From an uncultured Eubacteriales bacterium (lineage in GTDB: Bacteria > Bacillota > Clostridia > Christensenellales > RUG350), in assembly GCA_900315995.1 (NCBI GenBank), contig ONBF01000004.1, positions 1 through 56,284 on the forward strand: a DNA stretch of 56,284 nucleotides, written 5' to 3'. A program made the position numbers and the translations under genes. The stretch's first letter is position 1. Every line of letters begins with the position of its first letter. Of the stretch, positions 1 to 11,189 are shown one piece after another. The notes under the pieces were generated by a model. The model had not been told where the DNA came from. It worked only from the letters and a program-made list of their open reading frames with translations, and made no database searches.

Positions 1-127
1 CGAGTAATTCAATAACTTGTCCCTTAACATCGTACGCGTTCATATCGCTTATTATTGCCAAGCTTAACGTGCATAAACGCCCTACCCGAAATTAATTACA
101 TAAACTCTTCAAATACCTTAAAATTTG

Positions 128-156
128 TTGAACAACTCGCTCCCGTTTGCTATAAT
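128..156 (+). promoter_or_regulatory. Sigma-A type promoter for tRNA-Arg
   Basis: TTGAAC (128-133), 17-nt spacer, TATAAT (151-156). Lies about 17 nt upstream of the tRNA 5' end. Confidence 0.6.
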
Positions 157-173
157 AATACTCACTGAAACAC

Positions 174-248
174 GCTTCCGTAGTTAAATGGATATAACAG
201 CCCCCTCCTAAGGGGCAGTTATGGGTTCGATTCCCGTCGGGAGTACCA
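174..248 (+). tRNA. tRNA-Arg (anticodon CCT), CCA encoded
   Basis: Folds by hand into a 75-nt cloverleaf. Acceptor gcttccg/cgggagt, D stem gtta/taac, anticodon stem gcccc/ggggc with loop ctCCTaa, T arm atggg-ttcgatt-cccgt, discriminator A plus CCA. Confidence 0.85.
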
Positions 249-253
249 AAAGG

Positions 254-278
254 CGACTGATTATATCAGTCGTTTTTT
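254..278 (+). terminator. Rho-independent terminator after tRNA-Arg
   Basis: Stem cgactga / tcagtcg with loop ttata, followed by TTTTTT. Confidence 0.8.
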
Positions 279-531
279 ATATCTCTGCACTTCTTTGAAA
301 TATTGTTGTTAATTCCCCCACTTAAACTTTCATACTCATAATCGATTTATCCTTATGGGTAATTGAATTTAAGTTTTTATTTTTTCAAGTATTCATACGC
401 GACAATAATAACCGTTGTAATTATTCGTATCGGTTTTGACCTTTACATATTTACTTTTTAATAATTTGTTTTTATTTACAATGAAATTAGTATATGTTAT
501 AATTTTTCAATTGAATAAAGAGGAGTAAATT

Positions 532-1559
532 ATGTACAAGCAAGATGAAATTATTTTGGCATATATATCAAAAGGGGAAGAATTAACTAAAAAAACGTTG
601 AAATCAAGCATAATAGCTTCGGCTTTTTTTGCAGTTATCAGCATTGCCATATCTATTGTGTTTCTCTGTCTCCCAGCAAAATCAAATGAAATCGGTTCCA
701 AAATTATTTTAAGCACAATATTTATGTTAATTGCAATTTTTATGTTATTACTTATATCGTTTGTTCTGAAATCATATAAAAAACAACAAGCGTCGAAGGA
801 TATAGTTGTCGATAACCGAGCCATCTATTTACTTAACGGTAATATTTATATTAATAATCAAACGCCTACTTATTTTCCTGTTGCAGATATTACTGATATA
901 AAAACAATTCACTATACAAATACTGAATATCACGGCTTATATAATACTATCACACAAAGAGCTGATGGATATATAAAAATAAAAACAAAAAATAATAAAT
1001 ACAAAATTAATAACATTGATAATGTCGATCTCGTACATATAAAACTACTTAGCATATTAAGAAAAGAATATTTGCAACATAAAGATATTACATTTTTAAA
1101 AAATAATCAATTTAACTATTATTATGCTACGATAAATATTGATGAAAAACATGTAAATTTTGAATTCTATGACGATAAAGAAAAAAATAAAATTAATCTT
1201 AATACTTTAGATTCAATTTTAGATAATTTTACAGCATTATAATTAATCTTAATACTTTAGATTCAATTTTAGATAATTTTACAGCATTATATGATTCAGC
1301 CATTAATGGTATTGTCGAAGAATTTTATGAAACGGCACTGGACTGGAGCGAAGATAATGATGATTTCGATCCAAACTTTTCAAAAGAAGATTTTAAAAAG
1401 TTATTAAATGGTGTTAAAAGTTTTTCCATTTACATTAACGAAAAAGACTATTCGCTTAATATAGAATCGGAGGACATCAATGACCTTTTCTCGGACCATT
1501 TGCTCGTTTGTGAATGCGAATTGAATAGTGATAAGTACTATGTTAGCATTGAAGGATAG
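532..1559 (+). pseudogene. Membrane protein gene (two N-terminal TM helices, soluble C-terminal part) interrupted by a 50-bp tandem duplication
   Basis: ORF 532-1242 has a strong SD (aagaggag). It ends at a TAA created at the duplication junction. A Met-free open frame 1290-1559 continues the gene in frame once one repeat copy is removed, giving about 325 aa. Confidence 0.7.
1191..1290. repeat. Perfect 50-bp tandem duplication (1191-1240 = 1241-1290)
   Basis: Direct comparison of the two 50-mers (aattaatcttaatactttagattcaattttagataattttacagcattat) shows they are identical. Confidence 0.97.
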
Positions 1560-1662
1560 TGAACATATAAGGGAGAAATGAAGAAACCCAAAAGTATTTA
1601 TTTCTTATGTTTGGACATATGATTCATATGGTATGATATAATAAAAATCAAGGGATTTGGTA

Positions 1663-2513
1663 ATGAGTAAACCGATAGAAAGCCAAGAAACGTATTTAGA
1701 CGTTATAGAACAGATTGACGTGCATTATGCTGAAATGCGCTCGGAATACCTTTATCGAACGCGGGCGTAAAGTATTTCATTAATGAATTTGCGATTTCTA
1801 TAACGCATAGCAGTAACGCCATTGAAGGCAATACTTTTAATTTCGACGAAACGAAGCTGCTTTTGGAAAAAGGTATTGCTATCGGTGCGCATACGTTCAG
1901 AGAAAATCAGGATATAGTCGGCTATAAAAAGGGATTCGATTTTTTGTATAGCAGTCTGAAAAGCAATCGTGAAATTGACGAAGACTTCATTAAAAAAATT
2001 CATTTCTACGTTTTGTTAGGAGATGAAGAAGCAGGCAATTACAGAACGGTTCAGAACTACGTCGGCAATCTTGCAAGGATTGTTTATACACCGTGTTCAG
2101 CGCAGGAAGTCCCGCAAAATATGCAAAACTATGTTGCAAAGGTAAAAGACGATTTGGTCGGCATGATTCTTGAAATGAATAACGATAAAATCGATTGGAC
2201 GGCAGTTTTCAGAACTTTGGCGGAACATCATATACAATTCGAGAATATCCACCCGTTTATTGACGGGAACGGCAGAACGGGTAGACTTCTTTTGACATAC
2301 GAAATGATTATGTTGGGGCTTCTTCCAGTCGATATACGGTACGAAGAACGGGAAAGATATTACGCCGCTATCGCCACTTACAGAGATAAAGAGAAATATA
2401 GTATCCGCGCGGATAGCAAAACCGACAAGATGGCAAAATTGCTCGCAGAGTGCGAATTAAAATCGTTAAGGCTTTGGAATAAGACGTTTAACAACTACAT
2501 CGATACGTTTTAG
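1663..2513 (+). pseudogene. Fic/DOC family protein (AMPylase-type), split by a frameshift near 1734-1770
   Basis: Fic motif HPFIDGNGRTGR in ORF 1863-2513. The same frame is open back to 1734 and encodes VKYFINEFAISITHSSNAIEGNTFNFDETKLLLEKG, but has no ATG/GTG/TTG before 1863. A separate ATG at 1663 with an SD opens a 35-codon ORF in another frame that stops at 1768-1770. Confidence 0.75.
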
Positions 2514-2711
2514 TTTTAGTTCCCTTTTATATTTTGGTATAATATAAGAGATTATTTATGTGTAAAAAACACTTTGCTTTGTTAAATCAATTGTATTGCT
2601 TTTCACATTTATTTAATGCTATTTGTTCATTTTACTTTACTTTTATCCATAATGATAGTAATATACAAAATATTCAACAATAATCATAATCAACATTTTT
2701 AGGAGTTTGAA

Positions 2712-3647
2712 ATGAAAGCCAAAATTTTAATACCTGTTATTATCGGTACGCTTATTTTGATAACCGTGATAATCATCTTTTTTATACTTGCACTCAAAGT
2801 CCCTGTGGTAAACAAAACGTACGAAGTAACGAATACATTTACAAATATCAATATAGACGTATCGACCTCAGATATTGAATTCGCCGTATCTGAAGATTCG
2901 ACCGTAAAGGTAGAGGTTACCGAAACCCCGAATAAATATCATACAATTGAAGTTATTAACGGCGTGCTGACTGTTAAATGCATTGACAAACGTAATTTCT
3001 ACGAAAAATTTTTCAACTTCAAAAGAGACTACAAAGCAACTATATATATGCCCGCTGTCGAGTACGACAATTTAACTGTTAAATCGTCCACAGGTAACGT
3101 TACCATCCCCGAAGGATTCACGTTCAACAAAATCGATTTGAAATTAAATGTAGGTGATACAAAGATACGTTCAAATGTAATAGATTCCGCGTCATTCATT
3201 TTATCGACCGGAAATGCGGATATTGCCGATATGACATTAAACATATTCTATATTTCTTCTTCAGTCGGAGATATAACGCTTAACAATATTATTGCGCAGG
3301 AAACAATAACAGTCGCCTCATCAACAGGTGATACTACGCTGAATAATATAAAATGTAAAAGTTTGGACGTCACTTCATCAACAGGCAACATAGAACTGAC
3401 TGATACGATAGCTGACGATACGATTGCATTATCAGCGTCGGTTGGTGACATATTCATTAATGATTCGGATGCTGGAACAATTAATATCAAAACTTCGACC
3501 GGTGATGTAAACGGCACGTTCTTAACAAATAAAATAATTTTTGCAGAAACGGAATTGGGAAATGTAAATGTCCCCCACTTAACGACAGGCGGGAAATGCA
3601 AAATCAAAACATCAACAGGAGATATTAAGATTTCCATAAAAGAATAA
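2712..3647 (+). CDS. DUF4097-type beta-strand repeat protein with N-terminal TM anchor (putative adhesin / LiaG-like)
   Basis: N-terminal hydrophobic helix, then about 9 iterations of S(S/T)(T/V)G(D/N)(I/V/T) at about 20-aa spacing. SD aggag lies upstream. Confidence 0.75.
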   Translation: MKAKILIPVIIGTLILITVIIIFFILALKVPVVNKTYEVTNTFTNINIDVSTSDIEFAVSEDSTVKVEVTETPNKYHTIEVINGVLTVKCIDKRNFYEKFFNFKRDYKATIYMPAVEYDNLTVKSSTGNVTIPEGFTFNKIDLKLNVGDTKIRSNVIDSASFILSTGNADIADMTLNIFYISSSVGDITLNNIIAQETITVASSTGDTTLNNIKCKSLDVTSSTGNIELTDTIADDTIALSASVGDIFINDSDAGTINIKTSTGDVNGTFLTNKIIFAETELGNVNVPHLTTGGKCKIKTSTGDIKISIKE

Positions 3648-4099
3648 TTCCGCCAAAACGATACGAAAAACTAAACCGATACGTCTAATTTTATAATATT
3701 GTGCAAAACAAATAGTACTGTTATGTATAAACGTAGATTGCCGTTGATAAATAATTCGTCTCATGTAAAATGCAATTAAACTCAAACGATACTTACAAGA
3801 ATTCCCTTAAAATTAATGAAATACATAAGCAAAAAACAAAACGACTTAACATAATATGTGCTGACAAGTTATGCATATATCGCGTAAGATAGGCAAATTT
3901 CTCAAATATTTCCAAAATCGAAGCGATTGTGAAACCGTAAACATGCAAAGGGAACGTTTACAATGAAGATCATGCCGTTAAGTTTATAGATTAGCTTTTA
4001 TAATTATATTGAAAAAAATTATGAACTATTATAAATTTAATGGTATAATATTTATTGTTTTAATAAGTACTTAGTATTTCTTATTATGAAAAAGGTGAC

Positions 4100-4957
4100 T
4101 TGAAATTGTCAGAAACGACGAATAAAAAAATGAGCAGACGTAAGATATTCGTTATCGTATGGCTTTTGATAATCGCGCTCCTTCTTGTCGGAATAATCGT
4201 TTCGGGGACGCCGACTTCGCATACCGAAAGCGTCAAAGAAGTTATGCGCGACGGAGTTTTACACGATATTAACCAAATATCCGTATTCGGACTGCTTGTA
4301 AACCCCGCAATAATTTCCGCATATATCGTAACCGCTCTGCTTTTAACGGCGGCGGTTTTCGTACGTATATTTGCAATTCCGAGATTCAAGCGCGTGCCTG
4401 ATAAATTTCAATCGGTAATAGAGTGGATGGTCGGCTTTTTCTCGAATATGGCGGACAAAAATTCAAGTCATAAACCGCGTTTTGTCGGTGCATACATTTT
4501 CAGCGTGGGCGCATACGTTTTTTTCGGTACGCTGTTTGAACTCTTGGGCGTACAGTTTCCGACGACAAGCGAAAATACGATTTTACTTCCCGCGCCGTTA
4601 GCTGATATTAACGCCGCAATCGCGCTTGGCTTTACGTCATACTTAATAATACTGTTTGCGGGAATCATACGCGGTCCGCGTAAAACGCTCGGCGTTCTTA
4701 AAGATTTCTCCCTTCCGATTTCAATGAGTTTCCGACTGTTCGGCGCGCTATTGAGCGGACTACTCGTAAACGAACTCGTTTACTACTATTACGCATTGAG
4801 TTTCGTAGTACCTGTACTCGTAGGCGTACTGTTCACCCTGCTCCACGCACTTATTCAGACTTACGTTTTGGCAACACTTGTTTCGATATTCTACGGCGAA
4901 GCGGTCGAGCCGAGACCATATAAAAACAAAATCAAAAAAGAAGGTAATCGAATATGA
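4100..4957 (+). CDS. atpB: F0F1 ATP synthase subunit a
   Basis: Polytopic membrane protein with the a-subunit motif SMSFRLFGALLSG (essential Arg). First gene of the atp cluster. Start uncertain (TTG 4100, TTG 4106 or ATG 4130). Confidence 0.85.
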   Translation: MKLSETTNKKMSRRKIFVIVWLLIIALLLVGIIVSGTPTSHTESVKEVMRDGVLHDINQISVFGLLVNPAIISAYIVTALLLTAAVFVRIFAIPRFKRVPDKFQSVIEWMVGFFSNMADKNSSHKPRFVGAYIFSVGAYVFFGTLFELLGVQFPTTSENTILLPAPLADINAAIALGFTSYLIILFAGIIRGPRKTLGVLKDFSLPISMSFRLFGALLSGLLVNELVYYYYALSFVVPVLVGVLFTLLHALIQTYVLATLVSIFYGEAVEPRPYKNKIKKEGNRI

Positions 4958-5325
4958 AAAAGTTTATTTTACTGCTTGTTTTGGTACTCTCGTTCAGTAT
5001 GATTTTCTCGCTGAGCGTTACCGCTTATGCGGACGGCGAAGCAACGGAAACCGCTTCGGCTTCCGCTTCTGCGGAAGCCGAGAAGACCGAATCGGACAGC
5101 GTAAAGAGTTCCAAAGCCATTGCGGCTGCGATACTTATTGCCGCTGTCGGCGCGGCGGGTGCAATAGCCATGGCGATAACGATTGCAAAAGCCACGGGCG
5201 CGATGGCTCGTCAGCCCGAAGTTGCCGGACGGGTAAACTCCGCAATGATGCTCGGTCTCGTATTTATCGAGACGCTTGCAATCTACGCTCTTATCGTATC
5301 CATACTCATTATATTCGTACTGTAA
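4954..5325 (+). CDS. atpE: F0F1 ATP synthase subunit c with about 50-aa N-terminal signal-peptide-like extension
   Basis: The C-terminal ~70 aa form a c-subunit hairpin (loop ARQPE, carboxylate in VFIETLAIY). The ATG overlaps the atpB stop (ATGA). The N-terminus MKKFILLLVLVLSFSMIFSLSVTAYA is followed by an acidic Ala/Ser/Glu stretch. Confidence 0.85.
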   Translation: MKKFILLLVLVLSFSMIFSLSVTAYADGEATETASASASAEAEKTESDSVKSSKAIAAAILIAAVGAAGAIAMAITIAKATGAMARQPEVAGRVNSAMMLGLVFIETLAIYALIVSILIIFVL

Positions 5326-5343
5326 ACCGCAAGAGGTAACGTT

Positions 5344-5898
5344 ATGCCACCACTTAACATAGATATTACGCAAATACTCTTGCATGTATTGAATCTCGTA
5401 ATACTTGTCGGCGGTCTTACGCTTATTTTGTACAGACCCGTAACCGACTTTCTTCGCAAACGACGTGAAAGTTTCGCCGAAGAAGAACGCTTGAACGCAG
5501 AAACGAAAGCCGAAAACGAGCGTCTCAAAACCGAGTACGAAACCAAATTAAAGAGTGCGGACGAAGAAATCAAGGCGCGCCGTGCGGAAGCCGAACGGGA
5601 AATAGCCGACACCGCAAGTCGATATATGGACGATGCAAAGGTAAAGGCGGACGCTATAATCAAATCGGCTGAACAAGAAGCCGAAGCGCGTAAAGTACAC
5701 GTACTTGAATCGGCGCAAACCGAGATAGGCGAAATGGTGCTGTCCGCAACGCAAAAGTTACTTGCGGACTCGGCTTCCCCCGATAAAGATTTGAAATTGT
5801 ACGACGAATTTATAAAGCAGACCAAACGCCCCGCCGAAAAGGTTTCCAAAAGTTCCAAAAATTCCAAAGGTTCCAAAAGTTCCAAGGGTTCCAAATGA
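5344..5898 (+). CDS. atpF: F0F1 ATP synthase subunit b with (xSK)6 C-terminal tail
   Basis: Single N-terminal TM helix followed by a long charged helix (AEEERLNAE...AEQEAEARK). Position between c and alpha. Confidence 0.85.
   Translation: MPPLNIDITQILLHVLNLVILVGGLTLILYRPVTDFLRKRRESFAEEERLNAETKAENERLKTEYETKLKSADEEIKARRAEAEREIADTASRYMDDAKVKADAIIKSAEQEAEARKVHVLESAQTEIGEMVLSATQKLLADSASPDKDLKLYDEFIKQTKRPAEKVSKSSKNSKGSKSSKGSK
5842..5895 (+). repeat. Six tandem 9-bp units NNT-TCC-AAR encoding (x-S-K)6 at the end of atpF
   Basis: gtttccaaa agttccaaa aattccaaa ggttccaaa agttccaag ggttccaaa, read in the atpF frame. Confidence 0.9.
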
Positions 5899-7700
5899 GT
5901 GACGAAATAAAAAAAGTAGGTTTCGGCAAAAACGACGAAACCGCTCAAAAAGATAAACTCAAAGTCGAAATCGACTGCGTAACTCCCCCAAGCGTCACGC
6001 AGATTAAAAAGTTGCGCGAATATTTTGCCGAGTGCTATAACGAAGACGTTAAAAATATCGAATTTATAATAAAACGCGACCCGTCCGTTGTATCGGGTTT
6101 CAAAATCTTCGTCGGCGACGACAATTACGATTGGAGTGCGCTCGGTCGTATACGTCAGCTTCGCCGCTCTTTTCAATCGTTAAAACACAACGTTTCCGAA
6201 GACAAAATCATTTCTCTGCTCCGTGAAGACATCAAGTCGTTCAAACTCGATTCGGGGTATCAGCAAGTAGGTTTCGTCACTGCCGTAAACGACGGCATCG
6301 TACGCATTAAAGGGCTTACGGACGTGGAGTTCGGTGAAATCGTACTGTTTGAGTGCGGCGTAAAAGGTATGGTACAGGACATATCTTCGGACGGCACGTC
6401 GGGCGTCGTTTTGTTCGGCGACGAAACGGAAGTCGTTATGGAAATGAAAGTCCTTCGCACCAAGCGTACGGCAGGCATACCGATATCGAGCAAAATAATA
6501 GGTCGTATGATAGACCCGCTCGGACGCTCCTTAGACGGTAAAGGCGACGTCGGCGCGAAAGAGTATTTTCCCATCGAACGCCCCGCGCCGAAAATACTTG
6601 ACCGTCAACCCGTAAACAAACCTCTCGAAACGGGAATACTCGCGATTGATTCGATGTTCCCGATAGGTCGCGGTCAGCGTGAACTTATTATCGGCGACAG
6701 ACAAACGGGGAAAACATCCGTTGCACTCGACGCTATTCTCAATCAAAAAAACAAAAACGTTGTTTGCGTATACGTTGCGATAGGTCAACGCGCGGACGCA
6801 ATAGCGAAAGTTTACGATACGCTTAAAAAATACGGCGCGGACGAATACACCGTTATCGTAGCGTCAACGGCGAGCGATCCCGCTCCGCTTCAATACATTG
6901 CCCCGTACGCAGGTTGCGCCATAGCCGAGTACTTTATGTATCGCGGACGTGACGCGCTTATCGTTTACGACGACCTTTCGCGTCACGCGGTGGCATATCG
7001 GACTTTAAGTCTGTTGCTTGAACGTTCTCCCGGTCGCGAAGCGTATCCCGGCGATATTTTTTATCTTCACTCCCGACTTTTGGAGCGTTCGGCAAGACTA
7101 TCCGACGCGCTTGGCGGCGGAAGTATGACCGCGCTGCCTATCGTCGAAACTCAGGCGGGCGATGTTTCAGCATATATCCCGACAAATATCATTTCTATAA
7201 CCGACGGACAGATTTTTCTCGAAAGCGATTTGTTCTTTGCAGGTCAACGCCCTGCCGTCAATGTGGGACTTTCGGTGTCGCGCGTCGGCAACGCGGCTCA
7301 ATTCGAGATTATGAAAAAGTCGGTCGGCAGTATACGGCTCGACCTTGCGCAGTACCGTGAAATCAAAGTATTTTCACAATTCGGCGGCGAACTCGATTCC
7401 GCAACCGAACGTAAACTGCGCCACGGCGAAACTCTCACTATGCTTTTACGTCAAGACAAGTCATCCCCTATGAAACTGCACGAACAGGTATTGACGCTCA
7501 TTTGTGCCGACGCAGGCAAATTCAATGACGTCCCCATAAAAGAAGTCAAACGTTTTCAAAAAGATTTACTCGCATATTTTGAAAAAGAATTTCCGATCTT
7601 GTGTATACGCATAGATTACGGACACGAATTATACGACGGACTCAAATCTGCCGTTCTCAAAGTCGCCGACGCTTTTATAGCGGAAAACGTAAAGGTGTAA
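5895..7700 (+). CDS. atpA: F1 ATP synthase alpha subunit with N-terminal delta(OSCP) C-terminal-domain-like extension (delta'-alpha fusion)
   Basis: Residues ~100-601 are alpha (GDRQTGKT Walker A, and an N-terminal beta-barrel region VGFVTAVNDGIVRIKGL). Residues ~25-95 (VTPPSVTQIKKLREYF...DPSVVSGFKIFVGDDNYDWSALGRIRQLRRSF) match the delta C-terminal pattern. One uninterrupted 601-codon ORF whose ATG overlaps the atpF stop. Confidence 0.85.
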   Translation: MSDEIKKVGFGKNDETAQKDKLKVEIDCVTPPSVTQIKKLREYFAECYNEDVKNIEFIIKRDPSVVSGFKIFVGDDNYDWSALGRIRQLRRSFQSLKHNVSEDKIISLLREDIKSFKLDSGYQQVGFVTAVNDGIVRIKGLTDVEFGEIVLFECGVKGMVQDISSDGTSGVVLFGDETEVVMEMKVLRTKRTAGIPISSKIIGRMIDPLGRSLDGKGDVGAKEYFPIERPAPKILDRQPVNKPLETGILAIDSMFPIGRGQRELIIGDRQTGKTSVALDAILNQKNKNVVCVYVAIGQRADAIAKVYDTLKKYGADEYTVIVASTASDPAPLQYIAPYAGCAIAEYFMYRGRDALIVYDDLSRHAVAYRTLSLLLERSPGREAYPGDIFYLHSRLLERSARLSDALGGGSMTALPIVETQAGDVSAYIPTNIISITDGQIFLESDLFFAGQRPAVNVGLSVSRVGNAAQFEIMKKSVGSIRLDLAQYREIKVFSQFGGELDSATERKLRHGETLTMLLRQDKSSPMKLHEQVLTLICADAGKFNDVPIKEVKRFQKDLLAYFEKEFPILCIRIDYGHELYDGLKSAVLKVADAFIAENVKV

Positions 7701-7703
7701 AGT

Positions 7704-10420
<2,717 letters not shown>

Positions 10421-10422
10421 TT

Positions 10423-11112
10423 ATGAAAAAAATTCTTATAGTTGAAGATGACAGACAAATTAACAATTTACTGTGCGACTTTTTGTCGAGTAAAGGTTAC
10501 TCGACCATATCTTCGTTTGACGGTGCGGATGCAATAGTCAATGTCCGAAACAACGAAGACTTATCTCTTGTTATTCTCGACCTTATGTTGCCTGTTCTAT
10601 CGGGTGACTCGGTTCTTAAAGAGATAAGAGTTTTCTCAAACGTCCCCATTATAGTAATATCGGCAATCAACAACACCGACTCGAAAGTAAATCTTATGAG
10701 TATAGGCGCAGACGACTACATAACGAAGCCCTTCGTATTAGACGAAGTGCTTGCACGTGTTACCGCTGTATTGAGACGTTACGAAAAGAATGAACAAACG
10801 ATAAAAGAATCAAAACCTTTGACCTTCAAAAACTTAATTCTCCACACCGATTCTTGCACGGCGACCGTAAACGGTAAACCGCTGTTACTTACCAATAAAG
10901 AATTTTCCATACTTAATCTTTTACTTAATAATCCCACTAAACTCTTCTCAAAATCCAACCTGTTTGAAACCGTTTGGGAAGAGTCTTATATTGCCGATGA
11001 CGGCACGCTTAAAGTTCACATGAGCAACTTAAGGGCAAAACTCAAAAGTCTCGATCCCGACAACGAATATATCGAAACGGTATGGGGCATGGGTTACAGA
11101 CTCGTAAATTAA
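10423..11112 (+). CDS. OmpR/PhoB-family response regulator
   Basis: Receiver domain (EDD, phospho-Asp in LVILDLMLP, ITKPF) plus a winged helix (EFSILNLLL...VWGMGYRL). Starts 3 nt after the atpC stop. Confidence 0.9.
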   Translation: MKKILIVEDDRQINNLLCDFLSSKGYSTISSFDGADAIVNVRNNEDLSLVILDLMLPVLSGDSVLKEIRVFSNVPIIVISAINNTDSKVNLMSIGADDYITKPFVLDEVLARVTAVLRRYEKNEQTIKESKPLTFKNLILHTDSCTATVNGKPLLLTNKEFSILNLLLNNPTKLFSKSNLFETVWEESYIADDGTLKVHMSNLRAKLKSLDPDNEYIETVWGMGYRLVN

Positions 11113-11189
11113 CGATTTTTTATCTTTTTCTTAACTTTTTTTTAACAATTACCGTGTAATATGAAAGCAATAAACAAAAGGAGGTCTTT

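Noticed and set aside
1-43. Possible 5' end of a minus-strand gene (ATGAACGCGTACGATGTTAAGGGACAAGTT..., MNAYDVKGQVIELL) running off the left edge.
   Set aside because: Only 14 codons are visible, there is no clear SD, and no recognisable motif. It cannot be supported.
1579-1623. 14-codon ORF (MKKPKSIYFLCLDI*) after aagggag between the broken membrane gene and Fic.
   Set aside because: SD-to-ATG spacing is only 2-3 nt, and nothing indicates function.
1734-1770. Programmed -1 ribosomal frameshift in the Fic gene.
   Set aside because: No X-XXY-YYZ slippery heptamer and no downstream stimulatory structure in the frame-overlap window. A simple indel is more parsimonious.
3648-4099. Missing atpI/atpZ or a small RNA in the 450-bp region upstream of atpB.
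   Set aside because: No ORF with an SD, no convincing stable structure, and no conserved motif. Only a plausible extended -10 promoter (TGGTATAAT around 4041-4049) could be seen.
4954-5325. Na+-coupled c subunit.
   Set aside because: E-T...Y in helix 2 (FIETLAIY) resembles the Na+ motif. However, the helix-1 position aligned to the Na+-liganding Gln (13 residues before the loop Arg) is Met, so the full signature is not present.
5283-6176. Long antisense ORFs opposite real genes (for example 5283-6176, 30915-31598, 41365-42303, 9016-9363, 15453-15803).
   Set aside because: They lie entirely inside well-supported genes on the other strand, have no SD, and have low-complexity or Arg/Ser-rich composition typical of antisense frames.
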